From: Pseudomonadota bacterium | Lineage (GTDB): Bacteria > Pseudomonadota > Alphaproteobacteria > Rhizobiales > MH13 | Assembly (NCBI GenBank): GCA_039026935.1 | Contig: JBCCLK010000003.1 | Coordinates: 61,478-125,477, forward strand | Length of the DNA stretch: 64,000 nt | Reading direction: 5' to 3' | Shown here: in pieces, positions 12,368-23,071 of the stretch | Numbering within the stretch: position 1 is the stretch's first letter | How the letters are laid out: each line of letters opens with the position of its first letter | Program-made: the position numbers and the translations under genes | The notes under the pieces: model-generated | Databases searched by the model: none | What the model saw: only the letters and a program-made list of their open reading frames with translations | Told to the model about the DNA's origin: nothing

Positions 12368-12984
12368 TTAAAACGCGCCTCCAGCGCATCGACGGCATCC
12401 TTCGTCAACACGAGCGTGTCACGGCGCAGGATATCGTAAACATTGATGCCTTGCACCGGCAGCACATCCACGTTGGGCACGTTGCGGGCAGCTTTCGCAA
12501 AGCCCTCATGCACTGCCGCCCCGTCAATAAACAGCGCGTTCGTCAGGCCTCGTTTACCCAGAACACCAGCAACAGCTTTTGTCTTGGCTTCGACACCGTC
12601 AAACCCGTCGACAATGATAAGATTCTCTGCTTTCGCCTTCGATGAAAGCGCGTGACGCAGAGCCAGGGCGCGAACCTTCTTGGGCAGGTCATGCGCATGG
12701 CTTCGAACCACTGGGCCGTGCGACTTGCCGCCACCGACAAAGATACCAGAACGACGCGAACCGTGACGCGCACGACCGCCGCCTTTTTGGCGACCAAACT
12801 TTGTCCCGGTGCGAGAAATCTCAGAACGGTTCTTTGTTTTGTGTGTACCAGCTTGGCGTTTGGCAAGCTGATAGCGGACCATACGTTGAAGGATGTCTGC
12901 GCGCGGTTCCAGCCCGAAAACGTCGTCGGATACAGATACCTTACCGGCGTCAGCGCCATCAAATTTGGTGAGGGTAAGTTCCAT
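12364..12984 (-). CDS. rplD: 50S ribosomal protein L4
   Basis: [20 protein letters not shown]. Confidence 0.98.
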   Translation of the reverse strand: MELTLTKFDGADAGKVSVSDDVFGLEPRADILQRMVRYQLAKRQAGTHKTKNRSEISRTGTKFGRQKGGGRARHGSRRSGIFVGGGKSHGPVVRSHAHDLPKKVRALALRHALSSKAKAENLIIVDGFDGVEAKTKAVAGVLGKRGLTNALFIDGAAVHEGFAKAARNVPNVDVLPVQGINVYDILRRDTLVLTKDAVDALEARFK

Positions 12985-13700
12985 TACGCCGTCTCCTCAA
13001 CTTGAGCGGGCGCTTCTGATGCCGCAGCTGCCTTGAAAGCACCTGGTGTTGGCACGCCGTCTGGAAGATCACGCTTCACTGCATCGCGCACCATGATCCA
13101 CCCACCCTTTGCACCAGGCACCGAGCCTTGAACCATGATAAGGCCGCGTTCCGGGTCGGTCTTGACGACTTTGAGGTTCTGCGTGGTGACACGCGTGTTC
13201 CCCATCTGACCAGCCATCTTCTTACCTTTGAAAACCTTGCCTGGGTCCTGACACTGACCAGTTGAACCGTGCGCGCGATGCGAAATTGAAACACCGTGCG
13301 AGGCACGCAAACCGCCAAAATTATGTCGCTTCATGTCGCCCGCAAAACCTTTACCAATCGATGTGCCTGCAACATCGACATACTGACCCGCAATGAAGTG
13401 GTCAGCGGTCATTTCAGCGCCAACATCGATCAGGTTGTCTTCCGACACACGGAACTCAACCACCTTGCGCTTGGGTTCGACATTTGCCTTGGCAAACTGA
13501 CCGCGCTCGGCCTTGGTTGCATTTTTTACCTTCGCAAAGCCACTGCCAAGCTGAATGGCGGTATAGCCATTCTTCTCAACCGTCCGGTGACCAACGACCT
13601 GGCAGTTGTCGATCTTCAAAACGGTGACCGGCACATGACGACCATCTTCAGCGAAGATCCGTGTCATCCCGACTTTCTGTGCGATAAGTCCTGACCGCAT
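12984..13700 (-). CDS. rplC: 50S ribosomal protein L3
   Basis: [23 protein letters not shown]; start set at MRSG. Confidence 0.98.
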   Translation of the reverse strand: MRSGLIAQKVGMTRIFAEDGRHVPVTVLKIDNCQVVGHRTVEKNGYTAIQLGSGFAKVKNATKAERGQFAKANVEPKRKVVEFRVSEDNLIDVGAEMTADHFIAGQYVDVAGTSIGKGFAGDMKRHNFGGLRASHGVSISHRAHGSTGQCQDPGKVFKGKKMAGQMGNTRVTTQNLKVVKTDPERGLIMVQGSVPGAKGGWIMVRDAVKRDLPDGVPTPGAFKAAAASEAPAQVEETA

Positions 13701-13796
13701 GGGTCTTGTCCTTCTCACTTGCGCTTACCGCGCTCTTCCAGCTCATACGCGCACAGGGCGCTGTACTTGCCACTTGTCTCCAAGCCTCAGCCAACT

Positions 13797-14111
13797 CTAG
13801 CCGCCGAGCTTGATCTCCACATCAACGCCCGCCGAAAGGTCGAGCTTCATCAACGCATCCACCGTTTGAGGTGTCGGGTCGATGATATCGAGAAGACGCT
13901 TGTGCGTGCGGATCTCGAACTGCTCGCGGCTCTTCTTGTCGATATGCGGCGAACGGTTGACCGTGAATTTCTCGATGCGCGTGGGCAACGGGATAGGACC
14001 ACGTACCTGAGCGCCTGTTCGCTTGGCGGTGGAGACGATTTCAACCGTCGACGTGTCAAGGACACGGTGGTCGAACGCCTTCAACCGAATGCGAATGTTC
14101 TGTCCGTTCAT
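13797..14111 (-). CDS. rpsJ: 30S ribosomal protein S10
   Basis: [29 protein letters not shown]. Confidence 0.99.
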   Translation of the reverse strand: MNGQNIRIRLKAFDHRVLDTSTVEIVSTAKRTGAQVRGPIPLPTRIEKFTVNRSPHIDKKSREQFEIRTHKRLLDIIDPTPQTVDALMKLDLSAGVDVEIKLGG

Positions 14112-14169
14112 GGCCGAACCTTCTGCCTAACTTCTCTCATCAGACGGGTGTTTGCCGTCTTGCGTTCAT

Positions 14170-14204
14170 AAAAAAGCGCGCCATCAATGGTCCGACAGCG
14201 CGCT
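14170..14204 (-). terminator. Intrinsic-terminator-like hairpin after tuf
   Basis: Minus strand AGCGCGCTGTCGG-ACCA-TTGATGGCGCGCT followed by a T run. Confidence 0.65.
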
Positions 14205-14215
14205 CGCGTTCAATG

Positions 14216-15391
14216 CTATTCTACAATCTTACTTACGACGCCTGCGCCAACGGTTCTGCCGCCTTCGCGGATAGCAAAGCGCAGCTTTTCTTCCATGGCG
14301 ATGGGCACGATGAGATCAACGTTGATCTCAACATTGTCGCCCGGCATCACCATCTCCGTGCCGTCGTTGAGCGTCACAACGCCCGTCACATCGGTCGTGC
14401 GGAAGTAGAACTGCGGACGGTAGTTGGTGAAGAATGGCGTATGACGGCCACCTTCTTCTTTGGTGAGGATGTACGCCTCAGCCACGAACTTGGTGTGCGG
14501 GGTCACTGAGCCTGGCTTACACAGGATCTGGCCACGCTCAACATCTTCACGGCCAACACCGCGAAGCAGCGCGCCAATGTTGTCGCCAGCTTCACCCTGA
14601 TCGAGGAGCTTGCGGAACATCTCAACGCCCGTGCAGGTCGTCTTCTGCGTGTCGCGGATACCAACGATCTCGATCTCTTCACCGACCTTGATGATGCCTC
14701 GCTCCACACGGCCCGTCACAACGGTACCGCGACCGGAGATCGAGAACACATCTTCGATCGGCATCAGGAACGGCTGGTCAACCGGACGCTCTGGCTGCGG
14801 GATGTAATCATCCACATGGGCCATTAGCTCACGGATCTTGGTCTCACCGATCTCTGGCGTCTTGCCTTCCAGCGCGGCAAGAGCCGAACCTGCAACGATT
14901 GGAATATCATCGCCTGGGAACTCATACGATGAGAGCAGCTCACGGATTTCCATTTCGACGAGCTCCAAAAGCTCCTCGTCATCCACCTGGTCGACCTTGT
15001 TCATGAACACCACAAGCGCCGGTACACCAACCTGTCGGGCAAGCAGGATGTGCTCACGGGTCTGCGGCATCGGGCCGTCAGCAGCTGAGCACACCAGAAT
15101 AGCACCATCCATCTGCGCCGCACCGGTGATCATGTTCTTCACATAGTCCGCATGGCCCGGGCAATCGACATGAGCGTAGTGGCGGTTGTCGGTCTCATAC
15201 TCCACGTGCGCGGTTGAGATCGTGATACCACGCGCACGCTCTTCAGGCGCACCGTCAATCTCGTCATACGCTTTGAAATCACCAAAATACTTCGTAATCG
15301 CCGCCGTCAGCGTCGTCTTGCCATGGTCAACATGACCAATCGTGCCAACATTTACATGCGGCTTGTTACGCTCAAACTTCTCTTTCGCCAT
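14216..15391 (-). CDS. tuf: Elongation factor Tu (391 aa)
   Basis: [29 protein letters not shown]; ATG at 15391. Confidence 0.99.
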   Translation of the reverse strand: MAKEKFERNKPHVNVGTIGHVDHGKTTLTAAITKYFGDFKAYDEIDGAPEERARGITISTAHVEYETDNRHYAHVDCPGHADYVKNMITGAAQMDGAILVCSAADGPMPQTREHILLARQVGVPALVVFMNKVDQVDDEELLELVEMEIRELLSSYEFPGDDIPIVAGSALAALEGKTPEIGETKIRELMAHVDDYIPQPERPVDQPFLMPIEDVFSISGRGTVVTGRVERGIIKVGEEIEIVGIRDTQKTTCTGVEMFRKLLDQGEAGDNIGALLRGVGREDVERGQILCKPGSVTPHTKFVAEAYILTKEEGGRHTPFFTNYRPQFYFRTTDVTGVVTLNDGTEMVMPGDNVEINVDLIVPIAMEEKLRFAIREGGRTVGAGVVSKIVE

Positions 15392-15498
15392 GGGTGGCTC
15401 ATCCTTAAGTGAGTTAGGCCGAGAGCATAACCTCAAAGGGTATGTCGGCTTGGGGAATTTCAAATGAGAAACGCCAGGTTGCCCTGCGCTTGGGCGGG

Positions 15499-15527
15499 CA
15501 CATAAGCGTTTCGCCCGATACGCGCAA
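15499..15527 (-). promoter_or_regulatory. Candidate sigma70 promoter of tuf
   Basis: Minus strand TTGCGC-N17-TATGTG followed by GC-rich CCCGCCC. Confidence 0.45.
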
Positions 15528-15639
15528 GGCCCCCTATCGGTCGTCCAAGGCGATGGGTGAAGGGTGAGGAGAAGACCTCGCTTCCCTTCGGTTGCTTGTG
15601 CTTGGAGTTCAAAGCAAGTGCCGAACGCGCGTGGCCCAC

Positions 15640-15655
15640 TGGCCTTTAACTTGCA
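15640..15655 (+). promoter_or_regulatory. Sigma54 (-24/-12) promoter candidate
   Basis: TGGCCTTTAACTTGCA, GG-N10-GC spacing, 54 nt before the ATG at 15710. Confidence 0.55.
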
Positions 15656-15709
15656 TTGTATCAATCAAAAGCCAAAACAACGGCTGAAAACGAAGGCAGG
15701 AGCAAGCTG

Positions 15710-16720
15710 ATGAGCCAAACCGTCATAACAGAAACGCCGCTTGTGGAGCTGCAAAAGGAGAAGGGCTTCGGCGGCATGGGCGTCAATGTCGAGCGCGAGG
15801 TGCCTCGCATCGACCTGAGCAACTTTGAGGCGCGCAAGGAAGAGATCGCCGATCAACTCTGGGAGGCTGCAACGCAGGTTGGCTTCTTTCAGTTGATAAA
15901 TCATGGGCTTGCGCAAGAAATGATCGATCATGCCTTTGATATGACGGAGCGCTTTTTCGACCTATCGATGGAGACAAAAGCCGGCTTCCAGATGGCAAAA
16001 GGCACAAATGCTGGCTGGGAGTATCGCGAGCAAGTTCGCCCTTCCACCGGCACCGCCGACAACAAAGAAAGCTACCAGATCACGCTCCCGCGCATGCAAG
16101 GCCTGTGGCCAACGGGCGAGGAGCTTGCTGGTTTTAAAGCCACAATGCTGCTTTTCGAGCGGGCAAATTGGGAACTTGGCATGCGGGTCTTGTCTTGCTT
16201 TGCCATGAAGCTTGGATTTCCAGCAGACTTTTTCACAGAATGCCATAATCCGTTGTCACCAGAGTATCAAAGCACGTTGAGGCTGATCCACTATCTGCCG
16301 ATGAATGATGCCAAGCCCGATGATTTCAAGGGTTGGCGTGCAGGTGCCCACACAGACTATGACTGCTTGACGCTACTCCATCAGTGCGTCGGCCAAGGTG
16401 GCTTGCAGCTTTGCCCCGGCAAGGAAGCCGATGGCGAACTGGGTTGGACGGATGTGGAGCCGCTGCCAGGTGTTGTGACCTGCAACATCGGCGACATGCT
16501 GATGCGGTGGAGCGATGACCAGCTTCAATCGACGTTGCACAGGGTGCGGATGCCCTGCGAAGACGAGTATCTTGGGCCGCGCTATTCCCTGCCGTTCTTC
16601 TGTCAGGCCAACAAGGATGCTGTTGTCGCAGGGCCCGGCGGTCGGTACGATCCAATCACCGCGCATGACTATCTGCAGCAGCGCATCGCCGCGAACTTTG
16701 CCGCCCTCAAATCAGCTTAA
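15710..16720 (+). CDS. 2OG-Fe(II) oxygenase, isopenicillin N synthase-like family
   Basis: VPRIDL, GFFQLINHG, HTD...H iron triad (AGAHTDY, STLHRV), RYS. Confidence 0.9.
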   Translation: MSQTVITETPLVELQKEKGFGGMGVNVEREVPRIDLSNFEARKEEIADQLWEAATQVGFFQLINHGLAQEMIDHAFDMTERFFDLSMETKAGFQMAKGTNAGWEYREQVRPSTGTADNKESYQITLPRMQGLWPTGEELAGFKATMLLFERANWELGMRVLSCFAMKLGFPADFFTECHNPLSPEYQSTLRLIHYLPMNDAKPDDFKGWRAGAHTDYDCLTLLHQCVGQGGLQLCPGKEADGELGWTDVEPLPGVVTCNIGDMLMRWSDDQLQSTLHRVRMPCEDEYLGPRYSLPFFCQANKDAVVAGPGGRYDPITAHDYLQQRIAANFAALKSA

Positions 16721-17028
16721 CTGACGCTTTACCAGTTGGGAACCATGACGGGTCCTGTAACTATGGGCGGTGCGATGAACCGCCTTGGAGTGTTGGGCTT
16801 TGTGGGATGGCTGGCAGCGGCGGCGAGTAAAAGCTGACGTTCGAGTGTGATGCTGACCAATGGCTGACTCACGGGATCAAATGGCCGTTTGTGAATAGTC
16901 CGATATGCAGACCGTTAGCGCTTTCCGAAGTTCCATTCTTAACCAGCTGTCATCCGATCTGCAGATTCTCCGTTTGATCCGCCGTCTAACCTAAAGGATC
17001 CACGGCGCTTGACCAGTTGTCGGAAACG

Positions 17029-18339
17029 CTAACCCAGTGAAGGAAGCCAAAGCGCGAGTGGTGGGAAGGCAATCAAAAGAGCCACAAGGAGAAGCGAGCA
17101 GAAGATGAAAGGGATCGCAGCGAGATAGATCTCGCGCATGGTCGTATCGGGTGGCGAGACGCCCTTCATCACAAAGAGCAAAAGACCGAACGGCGGTGTG
17201 GTGAAACTGATTTCCAAGGCCAAAAGCATGATCAGCGCAAACCAGATCGGCTCGAAGCCAAGGCTCGCGGCCAACGGGAAAAAGATCGGCACCGTCAGAA
17301 GCATGATCGAAATCTGCTCCATGAACATGCCGAGCACGAGAAGCACGCCGAACATCACCATCAGCATGATGAGTGGATCGACATCGAAGCCCGTAGCCCA
17401 GGTAATGAGGCCGCGTGACGCACCGGAAAAGGCCAAAATCTGCGAGAAAGTCGCCGACCCGAACACGATGAGATAGGCCATCAAAGTAACGCGCAGCGCC
17501 CCTTTGACCGACCGTTTCATCGCGTCCCAGGAAAAGCACCGGAAGACGACCGACAAAATGATGACGCCAAGAGCACCAAAAGCGGCTGCTTCTGATGGCG
17601 TGACGACACCAGCAATCATCATAATGACGATGACCACCATCAGGCCGACCATCGGCACGACGTCTGTCACGAACAGACCCAGCTTCTGGCCGATGGTTCG
17701 GTGCTCCACCTCATAGGCGGGAGCCGCTTCGGGGTCTGCCTTCGTCATCATGAAGATGGTGAGGAGATAGAGGCCCGCTAGGATGAGGCCCGGGATCACC
17801 CCGGCAATCAGAAGGCCCGCAACATCGATCTGTGCGAGCGTTGCCAGCAGAACCGCCAGCGCCGAGGGCGGAATGATGATCGCAAGACCACCAGTGCCCA
17901 AAATCGGGCCGATCGACATCTTCTTCTTGTAGCCGCGCTGAGTCATCTCCGGCACCATCAAGGAGCCAAGGAGCGCGGTGGATCCCATCGATGAACCCGA
18001 CAGCGTCGAGAAGCCAGTGCCGCCTAACACGGTGACGTAACTCAGTCGGCCCGGTACACGGCCTAAGAGCTTGTCGATGGCGTTGAACATGCGCTTGCCG
18101 AGCCCGGTGTGGAAGAAAATCTCCCCCATCAAGAGAAACAGCGGGATGGGCACCAAGGCGAACTTGGTGAGAGCCCCGAGGCCGTTATTCAGCAGCAGTG
18201 AAACGCCGCGCTCACCGCCCATGAAAATCCAAGCGCCGACGATGTTAGTGGCCAAGAACGCCAGCGCGATAGGCATGCCGAGCGCCATAAGCACGACGAT
18301 GATGCCCAGCAGGAGGACGAGCGCTTCGTACCACTCCAT
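17029..18339 (-). CDS. TRAP transporter large permease (DctM)
   Basis: Very hydrophobic 436 aa; IPLFLLMGE, IIPPS, TPSEAA, TPPFG. Confidence 0.93.
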   Translation of the reverse strand: MEWYEALVLLLGIIVVLMALGMPIALAFLATNIVGAWIFMGGERGVSLLLNNGLGALTKFALVPIPLFLLMGEIFFHTGLGKRMFNAIDKLLGRVPGRLSYVTVLGGTGFSTLSGSSMGSTALLGSLMVPEMTQRGYKKKMSIGPILGTGGLAIIIPPSALAVLLATLAQIDVAGLLIAGVIPGLILAGLYLLTIFMMTKADPEAAPAYEVEHRTIGQKLGLFVTDVVPMVGLMVVIVIMMIAGVVTPSEAAAFGALGVIILSVVFRCFSWDAMKRSVKGALRVTLMAYLIVFGSATFSQILAFSGASRGLITWATGFDVDPLIMLMVMFGVLLVLGMFMEQISIMLLTVPIFFPLAASLGFEPIWFALIMLLALEISFTTPPFGLLLFVMKGVSPPDTTMREIYLAAIPFIFCSLLLVALLIAFPPLALWLPSLG

Positions 18340-18381
18340 CAGGCCACCGCCATCGATGGGATCCGTTGGCGGGAATATCGG

Positions 18382-18891
18382 TCAGTCATGAATGCCTGCT
18401 TCGCCGGAATGCAGTATCTCGCGGCCAAAGGTGAAGCGGGCGAACTCAATCGCCATCAACCCAAAGGCCGTCGGAAAAACGATGGTGAGCAGCCAGCGCG
18501 GATAGAAGTAGGCGCGGACGTCGAAATCGTTGCGCTCCAGGTTGGTGGCGACCAGATCAACGCCCTTCCACGCAAGGATCACGCACACCAGAACACAGGC
18601 GCCAGCGATCAGGCGGCTCAGAAGGCGACGCAGGTTGGGCGGCAGAACAGCAGTGACAAGTTCGATGTGCACATGGCCCTTTTCGCGCACCAGCCACGGG
18701 GCGCCGAGCATAGTCATGTAGAGCAGCGCGTACTCTGCAGAGGTGAAAAGCCAGGCTAAGGGTTGAAGGCCGGCATTGCGCATGCCGACAGACACGACCA
18801 CCGACACCATCAACCAAACCAGCATGGCGGCTGCGATGAGTGCCAGCAGATTGACCAATCCGTCGTAAAGGGTGCGTGCGATCCCAATCAT
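18382..18891 (-). CDS. TRAP transporter small permease (DctQ)
   Basis: 4 predicted TM segments, GHVHIEL; sits between DctP and DctM. Confidence 0.9.
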   Translation of the reverse strand: MIGIARTLYDGLVNLLALIAAAMLVWLMVSVVVSVGMRNAGLQPLAWLFTSAEYALLYMTMLGAPWLVREKGHVHIELVTAVLPPNLRRLLSRLIAGACVLVCVILAWKGVDLVATNLERNDFDVRAYFYPRWLLTIVFPTAFGLMAIEFARFTFGREILHSGEAGIHD

Positions 18892-18963
18892 GGCATGCCT
18901 TCAGCAGGAGTCCGCCCGACACACCAAGTCTGGCATGCCGAGCGGCGCAGTCGTCAGCGGGGA

Positions 18964-19974
18964 TCAATCCAATGTGGGATCGTAGAACAGCTCGATCAGG
19001 CGATCATAACTGCCGGCACCCTGCGGGCTTTCTTCCATCAGCGTGCGCATCCGATTCCATGTGGTGCTGCGGGCGGCCGCGAGATAGGCAGCGCGTGCAT
19101 CGCCTTCCAGTTCAAACACCTGCATGCCACCTTCTTCGAGGGCTGCAAAGTCTTCATCGCGCTTGGCACGAAGGGCCTCGACGCTTGCGCGCTCATGCTC
19201 GATGGCGACCTCTTGCAGGATGGTTTGCGACTCTTCGGAAAGACCGTTCCAGGCATCCAAGTTGATGATGACGCCAAGGTCGGTTGAGAAGAAGTTGGGC
19301 TCGATGCGCCAATTCAGGAACTCGTTCCAACGCAGATCGATCAAGCCGATCTGGGTCCAGCCAGTAGCGTCCACCGTGCCGCGCTCCAGCGCCGAATAAA
19401 CATCACCGGTTGGCAAATCGATGACCTGCGCCTGCAGATAGTCGGTGAAGAAGGCGTTATAGACGGCGTTGCCGCGCAATCGGATGCCATCAACGACCAG
19501 GTTACCGTCGGCATCGACGGACGGCTCGTTCGCGGTCCAAAGATTGTAGGTGACGCCAGAATCGAACCAGCCAAGATAGTAGAGGCCCATCTTTTCCTGG
19601 TGGATCTCGTTGATGAGATCAATGCCACCGTTTTCGCGAGTTTCGATGGCTGTAAGGTTGGAGGCAACAAGCGCATCCTTTTCCGGCAGCGCGCCGCCAT
19701 AAAAGGAGCCAGGCGTGTAGACCATGTCGACCACACCGTCGCGCACAGCATCTGGCTGCTGGAACATGCCGACGGCTTCCGGGCCACCCAGAACATCGAT
19801 CTGGATGACGCCTTCGCCGCGCTCATTGACCATATCGACGAAAGACAGGAAGCTTTGAGTGTAGATCAGCGTTTCAGGAAACGCATGAACCGCCGTGATG
19901 GTGTCTTCGGCTAGCGCCGCCACGGGCAGCATCATGGTGCCGGCAAGTGCGCCGGTCAGCAGGGTCTTTTTCAT
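18964..19974 (-). CDS. TRAP substrate-binding protein (DctP)
   Basis: Signal peptide MKKTLL..., carboxylate-binding Arg region IRLRG, DVYSALERGTVDA. Confidence 0.9.
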   Translation of the reverse strand: MKKTLLTGALAGTMMLPVAALAEDTITAVHAFPETLIYTQSFLSFVDMVNERGEGVIQIDVLGGPEAVGMFQQPDAVRDGVVDMVYTPGSFYGGALPEKDALVASNLTAIETRENGGIDLINEIHQEKMGLYYLGWFDSGVTYNLWTANEPSVDADGNLVVDGIRLRGNAVYNAFFTDYLQAQVIDLPTGDVYSALERGTVDATGWTQIGLIDLRWNEFLNWRIEPNFFSTDLGVIINLDAWNGLSEESQTILQEVAIEHERASVEALRAKRDEDFAALEEGGMQVFELEGDARAAYLAAARSTTWNRMRTLMEESPQGAGSYDRLIELFYDPTLD

Positions 19975-20077
19975 TGTCCTCTCCTTTGGTGCGTCTGCGC
20001 AATTGAATACGATCAGAACAGTTGGTCCCCGATGGGTTCGGGGCACATGGGTTGGTTTGGTTCATACCCTCTTTAAG

Positions 20078-20701
20078 TCAGCGCGACCTGTTGCTTTGGT
20101 CTCCAAGGTAGGCCCAAGGGCGCTCCTTGTGGTCGCGCTGGCTGAATGCGGAAATGGCAGCGGCGTGGCTGGCTGTAAGATCGATATCGTCCCAGCCTTC
20201 AATGAGTTTGGTGCGCCAGACCGGATCAATCGTGAACGGGACGAAACGGTCGCCGAGCGTGATCTGGCAGGTGTCTAACGAAACAGTTAGCGTCGACGCT
20301 TCATCCTTCAGGTTGCCCAAAAGGGCCTGGCTATCGGCTTCGGTGACAACGGCGGGCAAGAGACCGTTGTTGACAGCGTTGCTTGCGAAGATATCCCCAA
20401 AGCTCGGGGCGATGACAGCGCGGATACCATAGTCGACCAAGCCGTAAACCGCCGCCTCGCGCGACGATCCGCCACCGAAGTTGCGTCCTGCGATGATGAT
20501 AGAAACATCCAGATGGCGGTTGAGCGGGAAGTTAGGGCGGGCCTTGCCGTTCTCGTCAAACCGCAGATCATGCATCAAAAATCGACCGTAGCCCTCGCCG
20601 CGAGGCGTCGACATAAACCGAGCTGGCAACAGCTGATCAGTATCGATCCCAGCCATCGGCAGCGCCACGGCGTTTCCTGTGTGCGTGCACCAACCAGCCA
20701 T
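20078..20701 (-). CDS. Aconitase-family hydratase small subunit (LeuD-like paralogue)
   Basis: IDTDQLLPA, NFGGGSSREAA, SFGDIF. Confidence 0.9.
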   Translation of the reverse strand: MAGWCTHTGNAVALPMAGIDTDQLLPARFMSTPRGEGYGRFLMHDLRFDENGKARPNFPLNRHLDVSIIIAGRNFGGGSSREAAVYGLVDYGIRAVIAPSFGDIFASNAVNNGLLPAVVTEADSQALLGNLKDEASTLTVSLDTCQITLGDRFVPFTIDPVWRTKLIEGWDDIDLTASHAAAISAFSQRDHKERPWAYLGDQSNRSR

Positions 20702-22098
20702 TAGACAACTCCCGCCTGTTGCAGCGGCACGCGTGGCGCGAGGTCGCGAACATCGGTCAGTTTACCGGTCAGCGCGGCGGCCGCCGCCATGGCCGGTGAC
20801 ATGAGGTGTGTGCGAGCACCCCGGCCCTGTCGGCCTCGGAAGTTACGGTTTGTTGTCGAGGCGCACCGCTTGCCAGGCGCAACCAAGTCGCCGTTCATAG
20901 CGACGCACATGGAGCAGCCTGAATCGACCCAGTCGAGACCTGCATCCAGGAAGATGCGGTGCAGCCCTTCCGCCTCGGCGAGACGCTTCACCATCATGGA
21001 CCCCGGCGACACGGTTCCAGGCACCTTTACCCTGCCGCCGGCGAGGATGGCAGCTGCCGCGCGCAAATCTTCAATACGCGCGTTGGTACAGGAGCCGATA
21101 AAGACCTGATCGATGGGAAGGCCGCCGAGCGACTGACCGATTTCAAGGCCCATGTAATCGAGGGCTTCCTGCGACGCATCGACGGGAACATGACCGCTGA
21201 TCGGCGCAGCCTGTTCGGGCACGATGCCCCACGTGACCGTCGGTGCAACAGAGCTGACATCGATCTCGACTTCACGGTCAAATACGGCGTCCGTGTCGCT
21301 GCTTAGCGCAGACCAAGCGGTGAGAGCTGACTCCCAGTCATCACCCTGGGGCGCGAAAGGCCTGCCATTCATATAAGCGACGGTGGTTTCGTCCGGGGCG
21401 ATGATACCGCACTTGGCACCACCCTCGATAGAAAGATTGCAGAGCGTCATGCGTTCTTCCATTGTGAGCTGTCGAACGGCACTGCCAGCATACTCAACCA
21501 CATGGCCACGTGCCCCGTCGGAGCCAAGTTCGGCAATCCAGTGAAGCGCCATATCCTTTGCTGTTACACCGACCGGCAGAGTGCCGCTGAAGGTAAGCCG
21601 CATCTGCTTGGGTCGTACCTGCCATAGCGTCTGCGTCGCCAGGACGTGAGCAACTTCCGTCGCCCCAATGCCAAAGGCAAACGCCCCGAATGCGCCGTGT
21701 GTGGATGTGTGGCTGTCACCGCAAACGATCATCAAGCCGGGCAAGGTGAGTCCCTGCTCGGGGCCCGTCACATGGACGATGCCCTGACGCGGGTCATAGA
21801 GGCCGAAGTGACGGATACCGTGAGCTGCAGCGTTTTCTGCTAGGGTCGTGATCATCCCGCGGATCACATCCGACGCACCGCCTTCATTGCGGTTGCGCGT
21901 CGGCACGTAATGGTCGCTGACAGCAATCGTGAGGTCCGGGCGTGCGACCGAAAGGTTCCGTGCTGCGAGCTTGCCGAAGGCATGATGAGAGCCTTCATGG
22001 ACAAGGTGGCGATCAACCCAAAGGAGCGAGGCGCCATCCTTGCTACGAAGCACCTCGTGGGCACCCCATAGGCGATCAAAGAGCGTAGCGGCGGTCAT
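20701..22098 (-). CDS. Aconitase-family hydratase large subunit (LeuC-like paralogue)
   Basis: CGDSHTSTHGA, FIGSCTN, GCSMC, STTNRNF; HEGSHHAF where leucine-pathway LeuC has HEVTSPQAF. Confidence 0.92.
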   Translation of the reverse strand: MTAATLFDRLWGAHEVLRSKDGASLLWVDRHLVHEGSHHAFGKLAARNLSVARPDLTIAVSDHYVPTRNRNEGGASDVIRGMITTLAENAAAHGIRHFGLYDPRQGIVHVTGPEQGLTLPGLMIVCGDSHTSTHGAFGAFAFGIGATEVAHVLATQTLWQVRPKQMRLTFSGTLPVGVTAKDMALHWIAELGSDGARGHVVEYAGSAVRQLTMEERMTLCNLSIEGGAKCGIIAPDETTVAYMNGRPFAPQGDDWESALTAWSALSSDTDAVFDREVEIDVSSVAPTVTWGIVPEQAAPISGHVPVDASQEALDYMGLEIGQSLGGLPIDQVFIGSCTNARIEDLRAAAAILAGGRVKVPGTVSPGSMMVKRLAEAEGLHRIFLDAGLDWVDSGCSMCVAMNGDLVAPGKRCASTTNRNFRGRQGRGARTHLMSPAMAAAAALTGKLTDVRDLAPRVPLQQAGVV

Positions 22099-22934
22099 TC
22101 CGCAGCCTCCTTGAGCGCGCCCATATCGGCTTGCAGTCCAACAATCGGTTCCCAATGGCGGTTCTCACTATCACCCACTCGCTCCAGCGACATGGAAAGC
22201 TGAAACCTGTCTGGTCGATAGGAGGCTGTGAGATGCTCCACCCCATGACCACGTTCATCGCGAACAACCCGCTCTAGGGTTAGCAAGGCAGACCCCGCCG
22301 CAACGTTGAGCGATGTCGCGACATCTGGGGTTGCAAGCGTTGCTGAAACCGTCTGGTTAGCGCTGCCGATGCGCACGCCGCCAAGCTCCAGAAGGGCATA
22401 GAGCGGCTGGGTTGCAAGGTCGGCTTCCGAGTAAGAGAGCGCGACCTCTTCAGGCACATGGGTGATCAGGTAGGAGAAGGGCCGGCCGTTCATGAAACGC
22501 ACCCGAACGGCGCGCTGCACGCGGGCACCTTCATTAAGGTCCAACGCTCCGGCGATGACGGCGCTTGCTTCGCAATAGCCAAACTCTAGCAGCCGGGCTT
22601 CGGTCTTGCCGGCCATCTGCTCCAGATGCGGCATGAGCGTTGCGATGTCGGCCTTCACCAACTGCCGGCTAATACCATTGGCCCGGATACGGGAGCCGCT
22701 ACCGGCACGCTTTTCGATGAGACCATCCTGAAGTAAGGCATCCAGCGCGCGGCGGATCGTGACGCGCGATACCTGATACTGCGCGGCCAGCTTATGCTCG
22801 CTCGGCAGGCCTGCCCCGTCTGCCAAAGCACCGCGGGCGATATCGTCCTTCAGCAGCAGATAAACCCGCCGGGCCTTTCCACCTTCAGGAACGCTATTGG
22901 GAATGTCGGTCGGCGCCTTGAAAGCCATCGACAA
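22095..22934 (-). CDS. GntR family regulator (HutC/UTRA type)
   Basis: LPSEHKLAAQYQVSRVTIRRAL HTH plus UTRA-like C-terminus. Confidence 0.93.
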   Translation of the reverse strand: MSMAFKAPTDIPNSVPEGGKARRVYLLLKDDIARGALADGAGLPSEHKLAAQYQVSRVTIRRALDALLQDGLIEKRAGSGSRIRANGISRQLVKADIATLMPHLEQMAGKTEARLLEFGYCEASAVIAGALDLNEGARVQRAVRVRFMNGRPFSYLITHVPEEVALSYSEADLATQPLYALLELGGVRIGSANQTVSATLATPDVATSLNVAAGSALLTLERVVRDERGHGVEHLTASYRPDRFQLSMSLERVGDSENRHWEPIVGLQADMGALKEAAE

Positions 22935-22993
22935 AACTCCAGTTCGGGTACCCTAACCTTAGCGCCTGTTTTTTCAATTGCAACAAACAGCGG

Positions 22994-23056
22994 TTGAAAA
23001 AAGCAAAAAATTAGTCGTATAAGAAGCGTAATACCTGTACTAAAAATAAGACAGGT
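22994..23056 (+). promoter_or_regulatory. Promoter and inverted-repeat operator candidate in the GntR divergent gap
   Basis: TTGAAA-N18-TATAAG, then ACCTGT-N12-ACAGGT at 23033-23056. Confidence 0.55.
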
Positions 23057-23071
23057 TAAGGAGACGCTGCG

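Noticed and set aside
174-15146. Many long plus-strand ORFs over the ribosomal cluster (e.g. 4755-5639, 7950-8705, 8940-9671)
   Set aside because: Antisense shadows of highly codon-biased genes with no recognisable protein motifs.
15392-15664. 91-aa N-terminal extension on EF-Tu in the ORF track
   Set aside because: The canonical MAKEK start at 15391 has an SD-like AAGGA upstream; the extension is open-frame leader and promoter sequence.
15392-17028. attL/attR copy of the tRNA-Gly 3' end at the left boundary of the accessory region
   Set aside because: No match to TGGAGCGGGTAGCGGG found by eye, so no integrative element is called.
16721-17028. Possible ncRNA or degenerate palindromic repeat in the 300-nt convergent gap
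   Set aside because: No convincing stem, repeat partner or known motif could be established.
20078-22098. Calling these genes leucine-biosynthetic leuC/leuD
   Set aside because: Substrate-site motifs diverge, the context is catabolic (TRAP, GntR), and leuA/leuB are absent.
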